A stretch of 60,136 nt of DNA, counting the filler, from Sphacelaria rigidula (taxonomy: Eukaryota): NCBI GenBank assembly GCA_964200075.2. It is 10 parts of 10 records of this genome, joined end to end, with 100 filler letters (N's around TTAATTAATTAA, not from the genome) between each part and the next. Parts side by side here need not be neighbours in the genome. Positions count along the whole stretch, not along the records: positions 1 to 5,924 come from CAXNAA020023448.1; positions 6,025 to 11,948 come from CAXNAA020023449.1; positions 12,049 to 17,972 come from CAXNAA020023450.1; 7 more parts are not named here. One strand, written 5' to 3'. The notes under the pieces were generated by a model, which saw only the letters and a list, made by a program, of their open reading frames with translations, was not told the origin of the DNA and made no database searches. Both the position numbers and the translations under genes were made by a program. Numbering within the stretch: the first letter of the stretch is position 1; each line of letters opens with the position of its first letter. Below are positions 1 to 13,078 of the stretch, piece after piece.

Positions 1-46
1 GCGGACCCCAAGGCGGGCTAGGCCGCGGGGGGGCGGGGGCGAGGAA

Positions 47-98
<52 letters not shown>

Positions 99-1309
99 AT
101 TGGGAGAAGGAAAACTGAGCCGCATGCAGCTAGTCTGGAGAAAGAATGTGTGTAGCAGTAGAAGCCTAAACGCAACCCATTCTATTTTTCGAAGTAGTTG
201 AGACAGTACGAGAGAGACAGGCCATGACTGGTCGAAGAATTCCACCTTGCTTAACGAAACATCTTCACGAAAGAAAAAATGAGTGATGCCACTTGAGCTT
301 TTTGTGCCTGGAATTGATCACGATGAGGAACAGATTATGAGCGCCTTCGTCATTCAAAATGTTGTTGTGTATCATGGCTGGAATTTCGGTCTTAAAGAGC
401 CCACAGAAGATGAAAATATGGTGGCGTGGAGGGGTGAAGACCATTTCGACTCGAGTTGGAATGATACACAGGAACACGTACTGTAGAGACGACAGTATAA
501 TCGCTTGTACCCAATGATGTTAAAACTACGCGCTTGAAGAAAGTGGAAATCATCGTGGCAAAAGACAACAAACGTACGTATTTAATCAGAGAGTGGCTCG
601 GTGACGGTGAAGTAGGGAATACGGCACTAACTCGAAACTTGCAAACATGGTGCAAAATTCATTATCTATTCTAACCTTAAATCGAGAAAACGAAGCAGAG
701 GCACACACGCGTCTTCTCTCGTTTCAGTTCGCCTGTGCTGTGCACCTTTCGGAGTGTGACAACAAAAGGGGCGCGGAGGTGATCGACTGGCTCGCACCAT
801 TCTACTCAGAACAAAGAAGGACGAATCCTGCCTTTTAAGTGCACATGGCAATTTTCTCAACCTCCCGCGCTTAAAGCGGACGCCACATGGCGCCCACGTC
901 GTGTCGGCACTATGGACTTTTCGTATTGAGATGGGAGCTCCGTTCCCCCCCCCCTCCCCCGACCCGATTTAACCAGCTCTTGTTTTAGGAACATAGATAG
1001 AGTGCAGAGCTGTCGTCAAAAATGTATTTGTTGTTGTTTGACTATTTTTTCCCACGGGAACCAATGTCCTCGAAACACCCACTCAGGGGTCACATGAGAG
1101 CCGGCGTACTGGAGTTAGATACGGACTCTCTCGTACTCGCACTAGTAGCGCAGTTAGGACGAAGTTGCGTCTGATGATGATAATGAGGCGATCCTCTCGC
1201 AGGTAAGCATCACAACATTGTGAGAATGCCCATCATTGTTTTGCTTCACAGTACAGTGTAGCAAAGATACCCAAGACAAGTTTTGGCCGAAAAGTGCACC
1301 CTTACCGTG

Positions 1310-1573
1310 TCAGGAAGCGAACAGTTTACCCATTGAACCAGTGAGCGCTCACTGGTTCAATGGGTAAACTGTTCGCTTCCTGAACAACAGATATGCTGCG
1401 TGGTCCATCCCGGCATGACACATCAGGGATCTCCGAGGCCTCTTGCCCCTCGCAAGCCTCATCGTCCACATGTCAAACTCATTCCTTCCACAATCGATCA
1501 TGCCGGGATTCGAACCGCATATCTTTTGTTCAGGAAGCGAACAGTTTACCCATTGAACCAGTGAGCGCTCACT
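1310..1573. repeat. Palindromic cluster of tRNA-like (SINE-head) units
   Basis: Perfect 74-bp spacerless palindrome at 1310-1383 centred on AGTGAGC|GCTCACT, with a second copy of the arm at 1530-1573. The minus-strand copy carries an A-box-like TGGTTCAATGG and a B-box GGTTCGAATCC. Confidence 0.75.
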
Positions 1574-1996
1574 AGTTGGCCTACACGTAAGCGGAATAGA
1601 GGCAGCACCAACCAGTATGGATGACATTGCAAAGTCAGAGTTTCGAGAGGCATAGTTAGGCGCGATGCAAGCCGAGCTAGGAGGTCACGAAAAGGCTGGA
1701 ACATTTTCGACTGACCCTGTACCGAAAGCAGCAAACGTGATTTCAGCAAAGCGGGTTTTTGGTTGGAAGACTGACGCAGATGGTACTGTAACTTCGCTTC
1801 CTGAACATACCGTAGCACGACTCATCAACGGTTAACGGGTATCGTGTGTTTGCCCCCAGAAAATCTCCGCATTTTTAGGGGGTAATACTTAACGGAAAGA
1901 TATGAGAGCAGGTTTCTTACCCAGGTCAGGCAATAGGTCAAATCAAGACTTAGACCGTATCTTACGGCTGTTTTTTTTCTGGGAGGGGGGGATTCC

Positions 1997-2300
1997 AGTT
2001 TGGGGACATTGGTCCAGTTTTTAGCCCCCAAAAGGGAATACCGCCATCACATGTCTTGGAACACTTCGCATCACCCCACCTAGAGGGGTCTAGCCCACTT
2101 TCCCGACTTGATTGGCTCCGAGATTTCCAGGATGGCCTCCGAACACAAATCCAGCTGGGCATGAAAAAGTACGATGCCTGCAGTGATCTCTAGAGGTTTC
2201 TCGATTTCGCCTCGGTGGGGTGATGTAAAGTGTCCACGACATATATCATGGCGATATTCCCTGTTTGGGTGCCGTAAACTGGGTCAATTGTCCCAAAACT
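1997..2300. mobile_element. Foldback/MITE-like element with ~85-bp imperfect inverted arms
   Basis: Arm ~1997-2080 (tttggggacattggtccagttt...catcaccccacc) is the imperfect reverse complement of ~2214-2300 (ggtggggtgatg...aaactgggtcaattgtcccaaaact). Confidence 0.55.
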
Positions 2301-5300
2301 GATGAATTCGCCCAAAAAGACAAAAGACAGCAAGTGTGGGAATCACCACATGGATGGGGAAATTCCCCAGGTGTCCGTCAAGAAATCACCTTATTATCAC
2401 ATTGGCTACACCAGTGAGATGGCTCATGCGCTTCATGAATAATAGGAGGTTCCGGGTTCGAATACCGGCTCCCACCAAAAAGCGACTAAAAGTTAAGTGG
2501 GGACAAGCGAGTCGTAAAAATGGTGTGGGACTACACAAATGGTGGATCCATTCGAAGCAGAGTCCAGATTCACGGGAAAATCTTTTGAGGAGACTATTGG
2601 CTTGGGGACCCAACACACATACAAGCTATGTCAAGAAAAGGGTACATCCTCCCCGCTAGCCGGCGAAAAATATCACCCCTTCAAGCCTCTTTCTTCTCGT
2701 TCAAAAAGAAATATCGTTCGAAGGGGATCAAAATGGGGGGGGGGGCATACTCATTTGTTGCTTGCCTTGGTCATTTGACCATTGACCACGCATCCCTTTC
2801 GAGACGGAGCACTAACTAGGGGATGTGGGAACCACGAGGTGGAAGGGAAAAATTCCTACATACAGTACAAGTGTCCGTCGAGGGATGACCTTGTTTCACA
2901 TGAGGAAGAGTCTGACTGACTACTGTATAGATTTCTCCGAAATTGTAGCGTCGGAAGTAGTTCTGCATTTGTTTTTCGGAGACGTCCGGACTTGTCACTT
3001 GTCATCTATTTTTGTGAAGCAGTAAGAAAAAAATAACAATAAAACGCCCTGTCGGCAAAATCCCTCAGTGAAACGCCTCGGTTCGAGTCCGAGCATGATC
3101 GACTGCTCGTGGAATTCGGATCTTGTGCGGATAGGCGTGGGAGGAGCTCGTTCCCGGACGTCTTTCGTATGATCATCGAGGGACTTGGCACACACCATGT
3201 GTTTTTTTTATGCCTTGGGCCTTCCGACGACATTTCAATACACACCCCGGAGCATTCCGCCAGCAGTTCATGCGCCCGATGCAGCGGAAAACACTCTAAT
3301 GAAGTTCAGAGAAGAGGCATGGCAATAATTAATTAACAAGCACTTGTGGGGGTGAACGACAGCATCACAAAAATCGTCAGAAACTCTGATACCCCAAGAT
3401 ACCGAGTCACAGTAGGAAATTGCTCGTTCATCACAGAGCCAGCGCCAAGCAACCGGGAAAGGTGACACACTTCGACAGAGTGGCGCCGCTCGTTGACATG
3501 GCATCACCACCACTGATTCACCACCGAAACGTAATACTTGCTAGTTTTTTCCAACTCCGATGAGCAACTTCCCCGAGTGTCCTTCACACCCCACACAGCA
3601 ACAAAGGGATGAATCAACACATCTGCGCGGGAGTGAGTTTTCCAAGGCCTGCCTCTTTGGCACACCTGTACGAGAAACCAGCAGTACAAGAAACCTCAGC
3701 ACCTGATCATGCAGCACGGTGCAGAATGTCCATCGATGTTTGGCCACTAACCAAGCGTTCTGGCTCGCCCAAACTTTCAAGCGTTCAAGCGTGCAGTAGA
3801 ACGTCGCTGCCAAGCTTGAGTATGTAACCCGTCACGTGACCGAATCCAAAGCACCTTATGACCCATTCCACGGCAACGAATACGGCCACCTCCTTCTTCG
3901 CCTTTGCACCAAAAACTGCACGCTGAAAATATACACTGTACACCAATACTGGACTCTCTTCCGCGAATTGATCGAGCGGAATCTGATGGTACATTTTCTT
4001 CTGTCGTACTTTCCAAGCCTTCAACCGCTATGGTGGGCAATTTAGGTTTCCAGTAACTTTTTTCAAGTACTACCCATGGCAACTCAACAGATGACCCGGT
4101 CATCCCGGTGGTCAAAGGATTCATCTGTGTCCCCCTCAGGGCGAGTTCATAGCCTTAGGACTCCTTTCTCTGTACCCCGGTACTTGCCTTCCATTCTATA
4201 GTTGGTCATTAGATCATAACATTCATCAATCCCGCATACCATCAATTTCCATTGAATTTCACTACTCATGCTCGAGTACTGTTACCATGAACTGGTGTTC
4301 TGGGTAAAGGAACGTCTCGTGGATGCCGATCAGTTAGTTCCCTGCTGTGTCCTCCTTGCGCATAATTTTTTTGGAAAAAGGTATCGAAAAATGTTCCGAA
4401 ATGATTACCATCACCCATCACCATAGCAGCATCACTGATCATATGTTTTTTCTCCAGCTTCGGAAACAAGAAGAGGTTAGAGTACTTTCCAGACTCGAAC
4501 CCAATAATTCAACTCAAACTTCACTTCATGTCCTCTTCATGGCATTGCTTTCATCCGTAAAATGTGGCGGCAATATCTCTTCTCATGAAAAATGCGGTAC
4601 ACATCCGCAAGACATGTCCGAACACAGCGGGCGGCGAGGCAATTTCGGGACCAGATATGCAAGACGACATGCCGGGCACTCGCCATGAAATATCTGCCTA
4701 TCCTTTCTCGTGCTCCGGTCAAGTGTCTAGCCCATCTAGCCTGAGCCTGTCTACATCTAGCCCGGGCCTATCATCTTTGTTAGAGCGCTAGGTAGCCGAT
4801 TTTTCTTCGCCTGGTGCGGAGCGTTCCCCAACATACTCCCCGCAGGAGGCGCAATCAAAATGTCGATAGTTTCTTCCCCAGCATCTCCACCAGCGGCTGA
4901 GGTAGGCGCACTGATCGTATCGCTAATATCCGCATCAGCCGTTTCATTACCACTATCACTATCACTACCACTAGCAAAGTAGGCTTCGCCGCGGTTTCCA
5001 CCCCCGGATTGAGCAGTCTTTCGAGGTGATGGGGACAAGAAGAAGTTGCGCGCGCCGGTCGCCGTGGATGTTAGGGGCAAGAAAAATTTCCCCACGCCAG
5101 TGGACGATGATACAGGCGTCGTGCCGGCGGACAGTCTGCCCGTCGTGTCCCTTGACTTGGCTTGTAAGACGCGGTTCACCGTTTTCTTAAGCGAACGCCG
5201 GGCCCTGCAATATTTTTGTTTAAACATAGGCAACACAACATCAAATGGTCGCGTAGCGTGAGGAGGAGGGGGGAAAGCTGCGTCGAGGTACTCTGTGCCT

Positions 5301-5544
5301 GTTCTTGCCTGGTTGAGTCAATCACGCTCAGTTATCATCATCACTGCCGTGCACCCACGTCAATGCTGCACACCGTGGACGATAGATCACACTATCAAAA
5401 AGTGTATTTCGTAGAGTATCGACTATTGCGTCTATTGCAATAGATGATAGAGTCCACACTGTACTTAGTACACTTTTTGACAATGTAATATATTGCCATT
5501 ATCCAAGGTGTACACGGCTAGAATCATTATCTACTTTGATTGCT

Positions 5545-5640
5545 TTGATTGATTGTCGCACTTCAACTGATCCCCCAGGGGTCCAGCCGTGGTCTCACGA
5601 TAGACGTGCCCAACAAAAACGAAATTCGAGCACGCTCTAG
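5545..5640 (-). mobile_element. 3' end of a retroposon family with an (AATC)n tail (other copies ~26310-26440, ~34095-34245, ~34790-34921, ~45940-46075; related ~33355-33470, ~46745-46870; (CAA)n-tailed relative ~27915-28068)
   Basis: Recurrent core gaccacggctgga..cctgggggatcagttgaagtgcga followed by aatcaatcaatc, found in several independent contigs. Confidence 0.65.
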
Positions 5641-5924
5641 GGACTTTGTTTTGGACAATGACTAGTCGACCTACACTTCAGCCAACCAGGGTATCTCTAA
5701 CGCGCAAAGGACATTACAATCGTGGAAGGTGCTGAATCACGAATAACTACGCCATCAAACAGATACACAAAACCTTGACGTGACGCCGATTCTGCATAGG
5801 CCCTAGAAATGACCTTCAGTACAGGGAGTAATCTCTTGACATGCTTAGTAAGGTCCAAGGGTCGGACAAATAATGATTCGTCTGAAAATTACTTGGTTTT
5901 AGTATGGTGAGTCGATTCGTGACG

Positions 5925-6024
5925 NNNNNNNNNNNNNNNNNNNNNNNNNNNNNNNNNNNNNNNNNNNNTTAATTAATTAANNNNNNNNNNNNNNNNNNNN
6001 NNNNNNNNNNNNNNNNNNNNNNNN
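5925..6024. other. Artificial contig spacer (first of nine; others at 11949-12048, 17973-18072, 23997-24096, 30021-30120, 36045-36144, 42068-42167, 48091-48190, 54114-54213)
   Basis: Identical N44-TTAATTAATTAA-N44 (stops in all six frames). The intervening pieces are 5924 bp (six) then 5923 bp (four), i.e. length-sorted concatenation. Confidence 0.98.
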
Positions 6025-6096
6025 TGTAGGGATGCGAGGTCAATGGTCTGATGACTATGGCATGCATGATCATGAGTACACCCCCACCCCCTCACC

Positions 6097-6492
6097 CCGG
6101 AGGGCATTTTTGCGGAAATTGTCATGATGTTTTTTTTTGTCAACTTTCTTGCAAGGAATTGATCAATCAAGACTGTTCTGATTTTTTCTGTCAATTGTCT
6201 TGCAAGATTTTGATCAATGAACACTGGCAAAAAACGGAAACTCTGGTGGGATTCGCGGGGTTTATATATCTGCTTTTGCTCCTTGCCCGCTCTGTCCCAA
6301 AAACCTCAGATGCCGGAGGGCATTTTTTCAAAAATTCTCATGATTGCTTCTTTGTTAATTTTGTTGCAATAAGTTGATTGATGAACACTGACGAAAACTG
6401 AAACGTCTGGTGGCCTTTGCTGGGGGTATATATATATATATATATTATATGCTTCTGCTCCTTGCCCGTTCTGTCCCGACGATCTCAGGTCT
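6097..6492 (+). repeat. Two ~215-bp degenerate direct repeats
   Basis: ccggagggcatttt...ctggtgg...gctccttgcccg(c/t)tctgtccc occurs twice, starting at ~6097 and ~6313. Confidence 0.7.
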
Positions 6493-8669
6493 CCATGCCG
6501 AGGATCTCTTTCCACGGCAGCTGACCGCATCCACCAACTCTTCGGCAATAAACCAGGGGACGGGCGGCGGGGTGCCCCCCTCCCCCTCCTCAAATACTAA
6601 AATTTTCGAACTTGGGGCCCACGTGTCCAGATTTATTTTGACGCTGCCCCCTGGTCCAGCACAACAAGCTGAACGTGCACGGCAGAGGTCGGAGGCTACA
6701 GGTACAACGAGGGAGGTCGGCAGGAAGCAGGGCGTCCCGTAGGGAGCAAGAAGAAACCGATGGGGATGAAGCCGGGTAGAAATGTAAGGATCGCATGGCC
6801 GAATCAAGGGTCAAAGATACCCGGAGAATTATCACCATGTTCAGGAGAGACGCCGAGTCTCGCGTCGACAGGCAGCGCACCATCGCCGAGTGCTGGGAGA
6901 TCATCCGCAGCTGCAAGCCTGCCACAGCCGAGTGCCCCAAACACCAGTAGTTCCGAAGATCGTGATGATGGGAGAGGTGATGATGGATCCGCGAGGGCTA
7001 ACAGCGCACGGCAACCAAGCATGACTTCGTCGGACACCACAACCAGCGGCGGCGGCGGCGGCGACGGCACCTCGAAGGTGTCACCTGAACGCCTATTCAT
7101 CGAGATGAAGATTAAGATCAAGATCGAGGCATCCGGGAAGCACGAGAACGGGGGAGTCACGCGAATTTTAGATTATCCCTATAGTGGGGGATGAGCGTAC
7201 CCTACTGTTCCCTCGCTACGGATAGGCGGAGGTGAGTGGCTCTGCCGCGCATTGGTAATAGCTGAATAGTCGTAGACTTCAAGGTGTGATACTGTGAGGG
7301 ATGCGAATCGGGGGGGGGGTGTTAGCCTCCGAATTTGTCAGGCTGCTCGACGAAATTTTATCGACCATTGATAACTCACCCTCGGTTCCTTTTTTCCATG
7401 TGGATACACTCGACTAAACACTACACACTACATCACTTGAATGAGCAAACCGTGCGTTCGAGCGACACCCTCCCAGTTCAGGCGCCACATACACGTCCAC
7501 ACCCCTGACACGCACTGCAAGACGAGCTCCTTTCTGCTCAAGTGTTCTAGCGTTCCCTCAAACTCTGCAATATATATATATATATATATATTTGTGCCGT
7601 CTGGTGTGCCGGGCGTGGGACGTTTGCGGAAAGTGAGGTCATCACAACATGCGTTGTGATTTGAAGCACACAACGCAAAAACAGCGCTCGAATTGCACTC
7701 GTGGTCAACGAGATAGTCTGAGTTAGCCGGCCTATCGATGGACTCTCCCCAACAAATCACCGTCCCCGACAAGCGCAAATGGAAAGAAAACACGCAGACG
7801 GGACGGTGGAGGCAAGAAGGGAGGAGAAGTCTGAGCCAGAGTAACTTTTTTCGGTGCGCAAAAGTATGTCCGTGTGTGATGCACCCCGACTAGTTAGTAA
7901 CAGAAGCATTGCTGCTTGTATACCCAGCCGCGTTGGGGACCCACGTAAGAGAGCGTGGTGTGTACTAGAACAGGCAACAGCATGGTGACGGTCTTGTGCT
8001 CTCCTCTTTCTTGGTCATGCAGAGTCCACCTTTACCGTCACGTGTGGCCTGCCGGCTGTACATCATCTCTGCGCTGCCATGAACCTTCAGTGCTGTGTTC
8101 ACATACTTTCTCTGTCCCATAAATAAAGTTCGTTATGATCACACGGACCCTTAACCGTATCCAATGCTGTAGGCGATATAATCTTTTAATTTCCAGGGTT
8201 TTTTTAGTTGAATCACATTTATTGTTTCCTGTTTGCGCAGCAGCAAGCGTGCGCACACGCCCGATAAACGGTTAGTCAGCCCATGAATGATCACATTTCG
8301 CCCCTTCTCCAGAACACAGGGAAGAACCCTAGAAACCCGGAAAACAGCAAGAATCGCCCCCCAAATAAAGCATAACAGGCTCTTTTTGTTGGACCCATTG
8401 CTGACATACGATAGCTACGCCTAGTCCGAAACCACTCGTTTGCATTGCAGCCTTCAATTACTTCAAAACAAGCCAAAATCGTCAAACATGGCCCCACGAT
8501 TCTATGGTTGTAGGTCGATTATTCTGTTTTTATTTTTTTTTGTGGCCATCTCCACAACTAGATATTTTCAACGAACCTAACCATACCAACGTGAGCACCT
8601 CCGTTGGCTAGTTATGGCTTATCCCCCATTACGGGCTTTACTTATGGGACAGAGGAAGTATACTGAACT

Positions 8670-9490
8670 GACATGACTTGACTCGGAATATGAATGGGAC
8701 CTAGATTACCCACCGTGAAGGCCCAAGGGTTCACGTGTATAGCTTGAGGCAGGACGAGTTCACACTCTCCAAAGCTTTCTTGCAATCTGGTCCACGGTGA
8801 TACCCACAGGTGATGGGAGCAGTGAGAAGGAGCGCATGGAGGGAGAGGGAGAAGAAAATACTCTGTTGAACTGGACTGCACTGCATCGCGCTGTGTTGTA
8901 CTGTTGTGCCTTATTGTTCAGATTTGCCCATCTATATACAAGCACATTCAGGGCGAGTCATCTGTTGTGCATTGACCTAATTTTGACTCGAAAAACGAGT
9001 GCAAGATCCAGATTACCCACGGTGGAGGTCCAAAGGTTCAATTCCAGAGCTGGGGGCAGGACGAGTTCACGCTCTCGAAAGTTTTTTGTAATCTGGTCCA
9101 TGGTGATGGCCATACATGATGGGAGCAATGGAAAGAAACGCAGGGAGGGGGGGGAGAGAAGACAACACTCTCCTGAACTGTACTTTTCCTAGATCGTGCT
9201 GCATTGTCCTGTGCTACAGTGAGCCTGGTTCGGCATTGTCCGTCTATATACAACCACCTTCAGGGACAATAATCCGTTGTGCGTTGACATAATTTTTACT
9301 TGAAAGATGAATGCAAGACCCAGGTGACCCACCGTAGAGGCTTACAGGTTCAACTGTTTTCAAATATTTCGTGTGATCTGATAATTTATGGTGCCCATCG
9401 AAGAAGGCAAGAAAAGCAGTGGGGGAGGAGATAAGACAACACTGCACTGTACGGTATCACAGCTTTTGTACTGCATTGTACCGCTGTTGT
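8670..9490. repeat. Degenerate tandem repeat, ~308-bp unit, about 2.6 copies
   Basis: agattacccac(c/g)gtg(a/g)agg(c/t)ccaa(g/a)ggttca recurs at ~8703 and ~9010, and more diverged at ~9322, with colinear downstream sequence. Confidence 0.75.
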
Positions 9491-9778
9491 TGTACTCTCT
9501 GTTTTAACCCTTTTGGAACCCTCCCCTCCCGTCCCCGGGCCAGACGCCTCATTATGAGAAGCCCTGATAAAGAAGAAAATATGGAAACAGAAAAGACCGA
9601 CGACAAAACCTTTCACTGTTGAAGACCAAAAAAGACTCCAGACGCACACGTCGTGGATGTACCGATTATGAAACTCCGGAGCGGTCGGGTTGGGTTTGTC
9701 CAATGATATCACGCGACGGGCGGAGTGTGTCCAATCGTGCGCATTGACAAAACTCTCGCAAAACAGAACAAATTCCTA

Positions 9779-10590
9779 CGAGCTGGGCCAGCCGAGAAGC
9801 GATTCTGCAGTTTGCAGGCCCATTATACGGCCACTACTTGGAGCTGGACCCTGAAATTTGGTATGGGCAATGAGTAGGGCATAATAAAAAAAATTACTGG
9901 CGTGCACAAGTTTTTGTTTTTCATGAGCTAGGGGCATTTTACCAATACCTGAAAACTGATTATTGCCCTTAACTAATGAAAAAAAAACTTGTGTACGTCA
10001 GTAATTTCTTTCATTATGCCCTACTCATTGTCCATACCAAATTTCAGGGTCCAACTCCAAGTATTGGCCGTATAATGGGCCGTTCAGTGACGATCAGAAG
10101 AAATTCGGAACAGCATTTTGCAGGCCATTTACTGGCCCACGTTTGGTGTTTGTGTGTTGAAACTTTGTGTGGGGCGTGGCTAGGGCATAATCATCAAAAG
10201 AAAGTGGGTCAGGTTGATTTTTTTCAATTTTTTTCACTGGTTTAGGGCGTTCTACTATAGTAAAGACCATATTTCACGAGAACGCCTTAACCTTTATGAA
10301 AAATAGAAAATGGAAGGCCCATTTTTTTTTATTCGGCACTCTTTTGTGGTTCTTCACAAAATTCGTCGTCGCNNNNNNNNNNTTAGTATTGGCGCTATCT
10401 CCCTTGGGTATAGGAATTACTAGACATGGGTTTTAATCAACGAGAAAATATGAGCCCCAACTTATGAGCAGATGGGCACCTTCCCCTTGATTAGACGATT
10501 AATACAAAATGCGGATCACGGCCCAACTCGTTTGTGTCGATGATATGTTGCTTTTAGAGCTTAAATCCGTTTTTTGGCTGGCGCAGCTCG
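9779..10590 (+). mobile_element. Non-autonomous TIR DNA transposon, TA-flanked (Tc1/mariner-type MITE)
   Basis: TA|cgagctgggccagcc ... ggctggcgcagctcg|TA termini and an internal ~100-bp inverted repeat (~9817-9915 / ~9985-10081). A homologous copy lies at ~51505-52640 (-), with TIR fragments at ~50493 and ~54253. Confidence 0.75.
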
Positions 10591-10851
10591 TATACATGTG
10601 ATTTTTGTCAGTAGAATCTGTGAAATACGTCAATTCGAGTTCGATGCACGAATCCGTCACATTAGTATACTTGAACTTGGAGTGGCGCCCTAGTATACTT
10701 CAAATTAGTATGGTGCTAGACTTTTACTTATTGTGCTAGCACGGTTTTACTTAATAGTGACCCCACATTATTTTCAAGGTAAACGAAGTCTTCAAAAACC
10801 GTGCTAGCATAATAAGTAAAAGCCTAGATGGTGCACCGTTTTGATGGGCTG

Positions 10852-10919
10852 CATCATCATCATCAACATCATCAACATCATCAACAACATCAACATCATC
10901 ATCAACAACATCATCAACA
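10852..10919. repeat. Mixed (CAT/CAA)n microsatellite
   Basis: Direct inspection. Confidence 0.9.
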
Positions 10920-11875
10920 CTTCGCGAGCGTAGGAAGCCACACTACACGGCCGGCGATAATGATATGGCGGAGCACGGAGAAATCCCGTCGCCACATGTG
11001 AAAGCGCTGAAGAACGATTCATATGCAATTCACGTTCAGCTGGAAGAGGTGGCTGAGAAGCACGGCCAGGACGCTGCCAGGTGTTTCGCTGAAAAAGCTG
11101 CAACAGCGGTTGGGGCAGCCCATTGCCCCCCGGCTCGCACCGCCCCCCCCCCCCGCTCGCTTACCGAGCGTTAGCACAGTAGCCGCGGCAAGTGAAAACG
11201 CTGCGAGGCACGCAGAATTATGTAGGAGACACCAGACGGGCGTGATTGCAAGCTTCCGGACAGGCGATATGCTAGCAAACGGTCGACAATTGACCGGGAC
11301 AGCCTTTCGCAACCAGCCTAACCCAACTACAACTACAGTCAGTAACTACACTCCACTACAGTCCAGTATGACTGAATAACGATGTAATGGTCTTCCATGC
11401 CAGAAGACAGAAGGTATGCAATATCATTGCATGAAACCCCAACGCCACCCACGAGGACAGACGGTCCAAACGCGATAGTGCCAGCCGGAGTAATACACCT
11501 CCCGCAGCACAAAGTACGGCTGTGCAATTTTCAGACATGACCAACCCCCAGTATAGAGGTGGTGTCGTGGTAACGTACAGCACAACGCGCAGGATGAGAT
11601 ATGCCGTAATATCGCAGCCTACAAAGTGACAGCCTGTATCGAATATGCCGAAGTAACGGCCCCCGCCTACGCTGCACCAGGAGTATGTGTAATGGCGGGG
11701 TACATGACATCCTCGTCGCCGTTATGGAATGATCAAACCGCAGTTTGGTGCCGTGTAAGACCCACTTTTATGGCAAGCACGAATCTTGATTTTTTCAAAA
11801 TCGGGGGGAAAAAAATCGGGGAACGCATTTTATGGACACCGATTTGGGCCAAATCGGGGCCGAAAAAATCGGGGG

Positions 11876-11945
11876 GTCACGATCTCGGAACGGTTTTCCC
11901 CGATTTTTCCCGAAAAATCGGGGAAAACCGTTCCGAGATCGTGAC
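11876..11945. repeat. Perfect hairpin with 34-bp arms and a 2-nt loop, in an aaatcgggg-rich segment
   Basis: gtcacgatctcggaacggttttccccgatttttc-cc-gaaaaatcggggaaaaccgttccgagatcgtgac. Confidence 0.9.
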
Positions 11946-12879
11946 TCCNNNNNNNNNNNNNNNNNNNNNNNNNNNNNNNNNNNNNNNNNNNNTTAATTAA
12001 TTAANNNNNNNNNNNNNNNNNNNNNNNNNNNNNNNNNNNNNNNNNNNNATGCTTGCCATAGTCATGAGTACACCCCCCCCCCCCCGGGGGGGGGCGGGGC
12101 GTACTCATTTATTGCTTGCCTTAGTCTTTTGACCATTGACGATGCGGGGGGTTATTCCGGGCCATTTCTTGCACGAAAGTCCAAGTCAAGTCGTCGATAA
12201 CGGCAGCAACGGTTGTTCGAACGAGCTTGTTATAGATATAAATATAACGGCCATTCATACTCCTTGACACCGTTTAAAACCCAATACAAGCGCACCGCGA
12301 GTATGACAGGTCGTTTGACACACCTATGAGCTTCTTTTTTCGTGCAATCAAATCCCCCCCCTCCCCCCTATCGCAGGATGAATCGTCAAGTGAGCAAGAG
12401 CTCTGAGTCATCAAGCCATCATCCATTCTCAAGTCACATTTGATCACATGTACTTTCAGTGGTACAAGAATACGCTCCGTCATGGACATGGAGATCGGAT
12501 GATGCTGTTTCTACTGCTTTTTGTTGTTGCGCATTGCGTTTTGCTGCTTAACGTCGACGCTGCAGAAACTCCACCACGACAATTACTTTGAAAGTCCACA
12601 GTTTCACCATCAGATTTTCGGGGAGGGGGGGTGCTATACAGATTTTCGAAAACTAACGTTTTACAACAACAACAAAAACAACAATGGATGTAAAAATGAT
12701 GAAAAAAATTATCGAAGTGGAGAGAAAAAAAATATGATTGCAAGGTGTCACGAAACATACGGCTGAAAAAAAAAAAAACGTTGAAAGTATATCGAGTGTT
12801 TTCCTGGGGTTAGCCAAAGGAGTAGTTGATAAGGCCATTGCATTTTATACGATGATGAACCCTTTCGCCTCAGGATCAC

Positions 12880-13078
12880 CTGTACACAACCCCAGCTCCA
12901 ACGGTACAGGGTTGAGTTCGTTATTTTCCACGTTTAGCCGGCGCAGCCACGTCATGGAGACGACATCCCCCAGGTCGCGAATGCGGTTGCTCGAAAGATC
13001 CAGCGTCTCGAGGGACGAGAGGCCAGTCCACGGCAGCCCGGACAGGTCCGACAACAAGTTGAAGCCTAGGATGAGCGT
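12880..13078 (-). CDS. Leucine-rich repeat protein, third visible exon
   Basis: Acceptor ttttgcttttgtacag, donor G|gtgatc. Encodes TLILGFNLLSDLSGLPWTGLSSLETLDLSSNRIRDLGDVVSMTWLRRLNVENNELNPVPLELGLCT (LxxLxLxxNxL repeats). Its phase-0 start matches the previous exon. Confidence 0.88.

Noticed and set aside
18..245. Poly-proline ORF
   Set aside because: Translation of a G homopolymer near the contig start.
2403..2476. tRNA-like sequence ending ggttcgaataccggctcccacca
   Set aside because: A T-arm/B-box is present, but I cannot build an acceptor stem or cloverleaf; likely a tRNA-derived relic.
10965..11379. Protein-like ORFs next to the CAT/CAA microsatellite
   Set aside because: No recognisable domain or clear splice sites, and the frame changes at a C-run; cannot be supported.
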